Assembly (NCBI RefSeq): GCF_037902255.1
Contig: NZ_CP147990.1
Location: 2,670,001 to 2,702,000, forward strand
Direction of reading: 5' to 3'
Source: Candidatus Electrothrix sp. GW3-4
GTDB taxonomy: Bacteria > Desulfobacterota > Desulfobulbia > Desulfobulbales > Desulfobulbaceae
DNA length: 32,000 nt
A model generated the notes under the pieces. It worked only from the letters and a program-made list of their open reading frames with translations, did no database searches and was not told the origin of the DNA. Position 1 is the first letter of the stretch. Every line of letters begins with the position of its first letter. This document shows positions 16,918-24,195 of this stretch, piece by piece. The position numbers were made by a program, and so were the translations under genes.

Positions 16918-17673
16918 CTATGCTTTTAACGGCAACCCATTAAATGTCCATTTGTATGGTTTTGCCATTGTCGCATTAAAGTAATCAATAAAGTCGAGCA
17001 ATTTGCTCCTGAGATCTTTTTTTGATGTAAAATTACCTCTTTTAATGATTTTCTTAGTAAGAATACCAAACCAAATTTCTACTTGATTGAGCCATGAACA
17101 GTGTTTTGGGGTATAAACAAAGCGAATTGCATGGTCTTTCTTCCTGAGAAATTCGGCTCTGCTTTTCATTGATTTCAAAATGCCTTGTTTCCCTTTGACG
17201 CCTAAATTATCTTTTATTTCGCATAATTCACTGACCAACTTGACAAGTGATTCCGACTTATGAGTATTGAGCTGATCAGCCACAAAGACCCACTCCCGAG
17301 TTTCCGGATCGCTTAATATAAGGCTTCGAATATGTTCGCAAAAATCATGTTCGTCCCGAGTGTCTCCTATGCTGGGAGAGACGACTTCACCGGTCACTAC
17401 GTCAAAGTTTGCAATGAGCGAGAGTGTTCCGTGCCTGATGTACTCAAACTCAATCCGCTCCGGCTTTCCCGGCTCTATCTTTTTTGTCGGATTTTTCCTC
17501 TCAAGAGCCTGTATTCCGGTATTTTCATCAATACTGATGGTTCGCCTGCCGTTTATTACCGCCTTTCGGGGAGCTTCGTGGTATGTTTCACAGACATCTT
17601 TCACTTCTAAAACAAACAGTTCTTCATTGTCATGATTGGGATTGAGCCAATACCGACTATGATGAGGTTTCAC
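16918..17673 (-). CDS. IS630-family transposase, DDE catalytic part (orfB, 251 aa; the in-frame 'start' is only a GTG)
   Basis: DDE_3-type motifs ISIDENTGIQALER, VADQLNTHKS and HCSWLNQVEIWFGILTKK. It sits in the +1 frame relative to orfA, so it is either a frameshifted pseudogene or needs recoding. Confidence 0.75.
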   Translation of the reverse strand: MKPHHSRYWLNPNHDNEELFVLEVKDVCETYHEAPRKAVINGRRTISIDENTGIQALERKNPTKKIEPGKPERIEFEYIRHGTLSLIANFDVVTGEVVSPSIGDTRDEHDFCEHIRSLILSDPETREWVFVADQLNTHKSESLVKLVSELCEIKDNLGVKGKQGILKSMKSRAEFLRKKDHAIRFVYTPKHCSWLNQVEIWFGILTKKIIKRGNFTSKKDLRSKLLDFIDYFNATMAKPYKWTFNGLPLKA

Positions 17674-18214
17674 ATCGGTTTCTTTTTAAAAATCGGCCCA
17701 CTTGACGGTCCGAAATTCCAGAGGTTATCCCACGCTTATTGCATTCATCCGCCAATTCCCTACTGCTCCATTGAGAAATTGGACGACCGCTTTCTTCGGG
17801 ATGCTCCAGTGCAACTGCTAAAATCTGACAATATTGTTCTGAAGAATAAGTTACTGGTGCTCCCGGACGCGGATTATCTTTTAAAACTTCTCGAATACTT
17901 TTTTCCAACTGATTGGCATTTTGGGGATCAGTCTCTATTTGCATTAAAGTATCTTGGTTGGCCAGCCACTTGTATCTCCAATGTTTAACCTTGTCGATAC
18001 TGCAACTCATGACTTTTGCAATCTTTGAGTTCGGTTTTCCTTTCTCAATCTCCAATATTAAAGAAGCCCGACTTACCTCACGAAAATCAGCTGTTGATTG
18101 TCGAGCTATTTTTGACAAAATTTCTTTCTGTTGTTCGGAAACAGCAATTGATGGCGATTTGGGTGTAGGCATTTTCGAATCCATGTGTTGCAAGATTGTT
18201 GTCAATATACGCAA
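17657..18214 (-). CDS. IS630-family transposase, N-terminal HTH part (orfA, 185 aa)
   Basis: Helix-turn-helix-rich N-terminal half typical of IS630/Tc1-mariner transposases. It ends at a TAG that overlaps the start of the DDE ORF. Confidence 0.75.
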   Translation of the reverse strand: MRILTTILQHMDSKMPTPKSPSIAVSEQQKEILSKIARQSTADFREVSRASLILEIEKGKPNSKIAKVMSCSIDKVKHWRYKWLANQDTLMQIETDPQNANQLEKSIREVLKDNPRPGAPVTYSSEQYCQILAVALEHPEESGRPISQWSSRELADECNKRGITSGISDRQVGRFLKRNRCETSS

Positions 18215-18283
18215 TCAAAAAGGATTCATGATACAATATTATTGTGCAAAAAAGCAGTGTTTAATTTACGCTGAGCTGTACTA

Positions 18284-18388
18284 GTACACTGATCACTAAA
18301 TATGACTAATAACTTTCGGCTCAATTTTACAGGTAAAAAAGCCTGTTGAAGGGTAAAAGTTATTATCAAAACTTAGAGGTTGCTGTAC
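18284..18388. mobile_element. 105-bp MITE-like element with IS630-type ends, sharing a TA with the full IS630 copy
   Basis: It starts GTACAC and ends GCTGTAC, and is flanked by TA (18282-83 and 18389-90). Only after removing both this and the IS630 does the flanking sequence (..ATAAAC-TA-GAAGGTAAAG..) align colinearly with the intact IS1634 copy. Confidence 0.55.
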
Positions 18389-18390
18389 TA

Positions 18391-18505
18391 GAAGGTAAAG
18401 AGTCATAACCATCAAAGCCCTAAAAAACGGAGCGCTTATGCAGGAGAATAACGGAAGTTTTTCCAGCAAAGAAAGGGCAGAAGGAGGATGCAAAAACGAT
18501 ACATC
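18391..18505 (-). pseudogene. remnant (part B) of the second IS1634-like transposase gene
   Basis: AAGGTAAAGAGTCATAACCATCA aligns with AGGCAAAGCGTCATAACCATCA of the intact copy (encoding ...ALMVMTL versus ALMMVMTL). Similarity fades further right, so the right boundary is uncertain. Confidence 0.55.
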
Positions 18506-18550
18506 CAAGGCAGGAGGGGCCCCATCCAGGCAGACGTATTTGAGAAGAGC

Positions 18551-18584
18551 AAAAAAAAGAAACCCGTCAAAACTGACGGGTTTC
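18551..18584 (-). terminator. rho-independent terminator of hflC
   Basis: Perfect 11-bp stem GAAACCCGTCA / TGACGGGTTTC (18559-18569 / 18574-18584) with a 4-nt loop. On the minus strand it is followed by T8 (plus-strand A8 at 18551-18558). Confidence 0.85.
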
Positions 18585-18617
18585 TCTTCTTACCATGCGA
18601 CGTTCGCAGGACCTCTC

Positions 18618-19556
18618 TTAGCGCTCCTCTGTCGACTCCAAGTACTGTAACAACTCGGACTTCGGTGAAAGGATCAGCGAGGTATTGGCACCAATGATAT
18701 TGCGGTAGCTTTCCAGGCTCTTCTGGAAGAAATAAAAATCCGCATACCTACTATAGGACTCTCCGTAAAGCTTCGTCGCTTCAGCATCTGCCTGTCCGCG
18801 AATCTCGGTGGCCGTACGCTTGGCCTTTGAGGTGATTTCCTTGAGCTCACGCTCCACCTTGCCAAGAATCTCCGCCTTGCGCCCTTCACCCAAAGACCGC
18901 TTTTCCGCCGCGATCCGCTTTCGTTCCGAGATCATCCGGCTGTACACCTTTTCCCGAACGCTCTTAATATAATTAACCCGTTTAAACATAACATCAATCA
19001 GCTCAATGCCATACTTCTGGGTGTCCTTGGAGGCCTGTTGCAGGACCATCTCGCTGATCTTGTCACGCCCTTTCTCTGGGGCCCTTGTCATCTCCTCCTC
19101 CCTGGAACGGGCAAAGCTGTACTCCTTATCCCAATCTGAGGAACGAATAATCTCAATCAGATCATTCTGGTTAACCAGGTCCCGAACTGCCCCGTTGATA
19201 ATGTCGTCAAGCAGGGTTTGGGCCCGCATCTCTGTCCCCACGGCCTGGAGAAAACGAAGGGCGTCGGTAATCCGCCAGCGCGCCGTATTATCCATAAAGA
19301 TAAAGGTCTTGTCATTGGTGGCAATCTGATTAGGATCGCCGTCCCAGATCAAAATACGCTTTTCAAAAAAGCGCACCCGCTGGATAAACGGCATCTTAAA
19401 CTTCAAACCAGCACGGGTCTTAGGCTCGCCCACTGGAGCGCCGAACTGGGTGATAACCGCCTGTTTACCTTCCTGAAGGATATAAAATCCATCCCAGACA
19501 CTGAGGATAACGGCGGTGATAAGCAAAAGGGTAACTATCTGTATCAGCTGTTTCAT
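18618..19556 (-). CDS. hflC: protease modulator HflC (SPFH/band-7 family)
   Basis: Short N-terminal TM helix followed by an SPFH domain (VITQFG...FKMPFIQRV...), 312 aa, immediately downstream of hflK. Confidence 0.85.
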   Translation of the reverse strand: MKQLIQIVTLLLITAVILSVWDGFYILQEGKQAVITQFGAPVGEPKTRAGLKFKMPFIQRVRFFEKRILIWDGDPNQIATNDKTFIFMDNTARWRITDALRFLQAVGTEMRAQTLLDDIINGAVRDLVNQNDLIEIIRSSDWDKEYSFARSREEEMTRAPEKGRDKISEMVLQQASKDTQKYGIELIDVMFKRVNYIKSVREKVYSRMISERKRIAAEKRSLGEGRKAEILGKVERELKEITSKAKRTATEIRGQADAEATKLYGESYSRYADFYFFQKSLESYRNIIGANTSLILSPKSELLQYLESTEER

Positions 19557-19699
19557 AATCTATTACATCCTGCTGTTATTGAGAGAAAATCGGAATTCCT
19601 CTGTCTCGGTAGGAGCAGCCCTGTGGTCTGCCCAACTGCGAAGGCAATTCATGCCTTGTCCGAGCAGCATCCGCAAAAACGGTAACCTCCATTGACCCG

Positions 19700-20782
19700 T
19701 TATTTACCTGTCAGATTCAGAAGAGGAAGCACGCTCTGCTCCTTGTTGTCCATCACATAGATCTGCTTCACCTTGGGCAGAACATCCTGCATGGTTTCCA
19801 GATACATACGACTTCGGGTTACCTCTTTTGCCTTCAGATACTCCGCAACAATGGCGTTAAAGCGGGCAGTCTCACCCTTGGCATTATTGATGCGCTGAAC
19901 AGCATAGCCATGTGCCTCTTCAATGATCTGCTTTGCCGAACCTCGGGCCTTGGGAATGACCTTGTTATAGGTTTCCTCTGCCTCATTGACCAGCCGTTTC
20001 ATATCCTGATCTGCCTCATTCACCTCGTTGAAGGCTGGTTTCACGGCGTCGGTGGGGGTGATATCCAGGAGCTGGAGGGTGCCGATATGGACCCCGCTTT
20101 CCAGCTTATCCAGGTCCTGCTGCAATTCCTGCTTGGCCATGCCTGCCAACACCGAGCGATTACCCAGCACGTAATCAAAATCCATATTACCAACAATCCG
20201 GCGAATAACGGTCTCCGAATTATCACGGACCGCCTGCGAAACATTGCGTACCTTAAAGAGAAAGCGGACCGGATCACTGACTGTGTATTGGACAATCCAC
20301 GCCACATCAATCACATTTTTGTCACCGGTGAGCATCAGGGATTCCCGATCAAAGCCCTCTTTACTAAAGGTGCTGTTTAGGCCTGGGGTCCTGGTGCGAA
20401 AGCCAAATTCTTCCTTGCGCACCGTCTTGACATCCACCTTTGCCATATGTTCGACATAGGGCATCTTAAAATGGAGTCCAGGTTCAGTGGTCCGGTGATA
20501 TTCACCAAAACGAAGAACAATTCCCTGTTCACCAGGCTCTATAGTGTAAAAAGAGGAGTAAATGATCTGAAAGCAAATAATCGCCAGCACGACCAGAACC
20601 ACCTTGCCGATTCCGGCAAGAAAGCTCCCTGGATCTGGCCCCTCTCCTTTCTGGGAAGGGCGACCTTCATTGTTCTCTTCGCTAAATGCGTCCCTGATCT
20701 TCTGGATCAAGACAGCCAGAAAATCTTCCGGGGTTCCCGGTTTTTTCTTTTTTCCCCAAGGGGATTGGTCGTTCATGGGCAT
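19700..20782 (-). CDS. hflK: FtsH protease activity modulator HflK (SPFH/band-7 family)
   Basis: Charged N-terminus (PWGKKKKPGTPEDF), a single TM helix, and an SPFH domain (EPGEQGIVLRFGEYHRTTEPGLHFKMPYVE), 360 aa. Confidence 0.85.
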   Translation of the reverse strand: MPMNDQSPWGKKKKPGTPEDFLAVLIQKIRDAFSEENNEGRPSQKGEGPDPGSFLAGIGKVVLVVLAIICFQIIYSSFYTIEPGEQGIVLRFGEYHRTTEPGLHFKMPYVEHMAKVDVKTVRKEEFGFRTRTPGLNSTFSKEGFDRESLMLTGDKNVIDVAWIVQYTVSDPVRFLFKVRNVSQAVRDNSETVIRRIVGNMDFDYVLGNRSVLAGMAKQELQQDLDKLESGVHIGTLQLLDITPTDAVKPAFNEVNEADQDMKRLVNEAEETYNKVIPKARGSAKQIIEEAHGYAVQRINNAKGETARFNAIVAEYLKAKEVTRSRMYLETMQDVLPKVKQIYVMDNKEQSVLPLLNLTGK

Positions 20783-21024
20783 AGATATTCCTTTGCGGAT
20801 GAAGATAACGATGTCTCACGGATCGCTGAAAAATGCATTTTTCCCAACGACGTAATATAATCAAGCCGATATACCGCCAGCAGAATATCTTCTGATATCT
20901 TGCTGCGGGTCATATAACATTTGGTGTATTTAAAACCGTAATGGACTGTCTTACAAGTCTTTTTTCTTTTCTTTTACGTGGGCCGTATTAAAGCGGCAGG
21001 AGGACTTCTTGCGACGGAAATTCG

Positions 21025-22002
21025 TCATGGAATCTCAGACAACCCCTCTGATGGGAAGACCGGGTATTCTCCGCCGGTTGCCAGCAGCCAGCAGCCAACG
21101 AGAAAGAAAAAAGAGAGCAGAAACAAGGCCAACTGGAGTCCGCGCCTGCTACCGAGCAGATCAAGGTCTGTGAGCTGAAGAAGCAAGCCATAAAGCACTC
21201 CACTGGCCAAGCCAAAAAGATGCGCGCCAAGGTCGGTCCGCTCTCCTGCGCTGCCCAGCATTGCCAGCAGGCCCACGCCAGCCCCAAGGGGAAGAATCAA
21301 CTGCCTGATAATTGTGGAGGCCCTATTATTCAATTGCCGACCGCTGAGGATACCGACTGCGGCAAACACCGCTGTTGAAAACCCCACCGAAGAATGAAGC
21401 GTATCACGGAGGATGATATTGAGGAAATTGCCGCTCATGGCAGCGAACAGCAGGGCCAGCCAGCCCATGCCATAGCCTATAGCCTTGCACAGCAGATGAA
21501 CGATCACTCCACCGATAAGACAGTTACCGACCAGATGCATCTGGTCGGCATGCAAGGTCAGGGCCGTAATCAGACGCCACCACTCTCCCTGCATCAATAT
21601 TGCAGAGCTATTCACTGCCCCGGCCTTGAACCAGGGATTTGTCGCTACCCAAGGCCCGGTCAGCCAAAAAAAGATAATCAGCCCGCCAAACATGAGCAAG
21701 GTGGGCGGATTATCGGTGCGAACAGCAGGACGAACCGCAGAGGGCGGTGGGGGCCAGTAACGATTTTCTTCACGAAAGGCCTGGAGCTCCTCCATGGCCT
21801 GCTCTGCATCTCTTTTCCGGGTCAGGATCACACCAGCACCTCGGTCACGCTGCTGATCAATACCAACAGCGCTGAGCACCAGGGACCAATCCGCTATCTC
21901 TGCCATCCCTCCCTTAGCCACAAGTACCCAGGTATCTTCTCCGGTATCCTCAATACCAGAGGAGACCTGAAAAGGGGTATGCTCTCCTGCTCCCTCCATC
22001 AT
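21025..22002 (-). CDS. rhomboid-family intramembrane serine protease with a roughly 100-aa cytosolic N-terminal domain
   Basis: WRLITALTLHADQMHLVGNC (the WR...H...HxxxN motif), the catalytic GFSTAVFA (GxSxxxF) and a downstream HLFG histidine. It has 6 or more TM segments. Confidence 0.85.
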   Translation of the reverse strand: MMEGAGEHTPFQVSSGIEDTGEDTWVLVAKGGMAEIADWSLVLSAVGIDQQRDRGAGVILTRKRDAEQAMEELQAFREENRYWPPPPSAVRPAVRTDNPPTLLMFGGLIIFFWLTGPWVATNPWFKAGAVNSSAILMQGEWWRLITALTLHADQMHLVGNCLIGGVIVHLLCKAIGYGMGWLALLFAAMSGNFLNIILRDTLHSSVGFSTAVFAAVGILSGRQLNNRASTIIRQLILPLGAGVGLLAMLGSAGERTDLGAHLFGLASGVLYGLLLQLTDLDLLGSRRGLQLALFLLSFFFLVGCWLLATGGEYPVFPSEGLSEIP

Positions 22003-22005
22003 TGC

Positions 22006-22878
22006 TTACGCAGAAAAAATCTCTGCACAAAACTGCCCCAGTCGCCCCAGATCCTGACAGACATGGACACCGCCCTCTTCCAGGGCTTTAATCTTGGTGG
22101 TTGCACTGCCCCGTGAACCGGAAATAATCGCTCCGGCATGCCCCATATGTCGTCCTGGCGGAGCTGTCAGCCCGGCGATAAAGCCCACCACCGGTTTATC
22201 GATCTTATCCCGGATAAATGCGGCAGCCTCTTCTTCAGCCGTACCACCGATCTCCCCCAGCACAACAATCCCGTTTGTCTGCTCATCTTCGCCAAAGGCA
22301 GTAAGGCAGTCGATAAAACCTGTACCATTCACAGGATCACCCCCGATCCCGACACAGGTGGATTGGCCCAGTCCGGCCTTGGTCAACTGATCAACCAGTT
22401 CATAGGTCAGAGTACCGGAACGGGAAATAACACCTATCGAACCCGGAGTATGGATAAATCCTGGCATGATACCGATCTTACAGGCTCCTGGGGAAATAAT
22501 GCCCGGACAGTTAGGACCGATCAACCTACTGGAGCTTCCTTGGAGAGCAGCGCGCACCCGCAACATATCATGGATGGGGATACCTTCGGTGATACAGACG
22601 ATGAGTTCAACACCGGCGTCCGCCGCCTCCAGGATCGCATCCGGGGCAAAGGAAGGGGGAACAAAAATCATCGAGGCATTGGCGGCGGTCTCCTGGACCG
22701 CATCATGGACCGTGTTGAAGACCGGAATACCAGCAACATCCTGCCCATCCTTTCCCGGGGTAACACCGGCTACCACCTTGGTACCATAGTCGAGGCATTG
22801 CAGAGTATGAAACTGCCCCTCTTTTCCAGTGATCCCTTGGACAAGAAGTCGGGTGTTCTGATTAACAAAGATGCTCAT
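22006..22878 (-). CDS. sucD: succinyl-CoA synthetase (ADP-forming) alpha subunit
   Basis: [21 protein letters not shown]..., the CoA-binding Rossmann motif, and the phosphohistidine loop [10 protein letters not shown]. Confidence 0.95.
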   Translation of the reverse strand: MSIFVNQNTRLLVQGITGKEGQFHTLQCLDYGTKVVAGVTPGKDGQDVAGIPVFNTVHDAVQETAANASMIFVPPSFAPDAILEAADAGVELIVCITEGIPIHDMLRVRAALQGSSSRLIGPNCPGIISPGACKIGIMPGFIHTPGSIGVISRSGTLTYELVDQLTKAGLGQSTCVGIGGDPVNGTGFIDCLTAFGEDEQTNGIVVLGEIGGTAEEEAAAFIRDKIDKPVVGFIAGLTAPPGRHMGHAGAIISGSRGSATTKIKALEEGGVHVCQDLGRLGQFCAEIFSA

Positions 22879-24055
22879 TTACTCATTTCTCCGTCAATCC
22901 TTCCAGCAACCTCTCGGAGTATTCTGACAGCATCATCAAGCCCTCTGGCTGTTATCAGTTCAAGCCCGGATTCGGCTAGTATTTTTCTCCCTTGCTCTGC
23001 ATGGGTCCCTTCCATACGCACCACAACAGGCAATTGTAAACCCGTCTTGCGCGCCGCCTCCACCACACCGACAGCCAAAATATCACAACGCAGGATGCCA
23101 CCAAAGATGTTGATCAGGATTGCCTCTACCTGGGGGTCTGCAAGCAGGATACGAAAACCATTTTCAATCATACTTTCGTTGGCCCCGCCCCCACATCAAG
23201 AAAATTGGCAGGCTCGGCTCCGGCCTGCTGGATAATATCCATACTTGCCATAGCCAGTCCAGCGCCGTTGACAATGGTCCCGATATTTCCATGCAACCGG
23301 ATATAATTAAGGCCATGCTTACGCGCTTCTCTCTCCAGGGGATCATCCTCAGAACTATCATAGAGGGCAGCCAATGCCTTTTGGCGAAACAGGGCATTTG
23401 AATCCACCTCTGCCTTGGCGTCAAGCAGGCAAAACTCACCATCTGTTGTCAAAACCAAGGGATTGATCTCAGCCAGCAGAAGATCATTCTCCACCACAGC
23501 CTGATACAGTCCGGTAAGCAGGGTGAGAAATGGGACACAAAGTTCTCTGGTCAGACCAAGGGCAAAGGCAATGCGACGCCCCTGATAGGTCTGGATGCCC
23601 ATGCGAGGATCAACCTGTATCTGAATAATTTTTTCTGGTTGGGTTGCAGCCACCTCCTCAATATCCATCCCCCCCTCTGCTGAGGCGATAATCAGCAATG
23701 AAGTGGTCGATGGGTCCGGCAGGATGGAGAGGTACAACTCCCGTGTAATATCAATCCCCTTTTCCAACAGCAGTTTAGTGACTGTTGCCCCTCTTTCTCC
23801 GGTCTGAGGGGAGATGAGGGTCATGCCATGGATTGAGTGGACTGCTTTGTAGGCATCGTCCATATTCGAGGCAATCAGAACACCACCGGTTTTCCCCCTG
23901 CCGCCAGCATGCACCTGGGCCTTAATAGCAATGGGAAAGCCCTTTCTCCCCACATGCTCCATGGCCTTTTCCGGTGTTTTTGCTAAGCGACCTTCTGGAA
24001 TCGGCAGGCCATAACGGCTGAAAAGCTCTTTTGCCTGATACTCATGCAGCTTCAT
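22875..24055 (-). pseudogene. sucC: succinyl-CoA synthetase beta subunit, split into 295-aa and 98-aa ORFs by a 1-nt frameshift at about 23168-23175
   Basis: MKLHEYQAKELFSRYGLPIP... (ATP-grasp) runs to ...[13 protein letters not shown]-stop. The next frame continues [30 protein letters not shown].... Joined, the two are colinear with intact SucC with no length change. The ORFs overlap in ATGA (23168-23171). Confidence 0.85.
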
Positions 24056-24195
24056 AACGGGCTGATTCTCAACTCAAGGGGAAAATGGGAGCAATGTATA
24101 TTTTTTACTTTCACAAGATGGTCTTTTTTCACGATAAAAATCTGGGCAAAATTCACGGGATATTCAACACCGCTCAGCTCCTGAAACTTGTCCGG

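Larger units (their letters stand above)
16896..18281 (-). mobile_element. IS630-family insertion sequence (1,386 bp) inserted at a CTAG site with a TA duplication
   Basis: Terminal IRs are GTACAGCGCGGCGCAAATA / TAAATTTACGCTGAGCTGTAC, matching about 18/22 when the shared CTAG is counted. TA is at 16894-16895 and 18282-18283. Removing the insert restores homology to the intact IS1634 copy. Confidence 0.85.

Noticed and set aside
21394-22116. 240-aa ORF on the plus strand
   Set aside because: It is antisense to the rhomboid protease gene and has no motifs.
22138-23235. 365-aa ORF on the plus strand
   Set aside because: It is antisense to sucD and sucC, which carry unmistakable conserved motifs. 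The composition (R/S/P/T-rich) is that of an antisense artefact.
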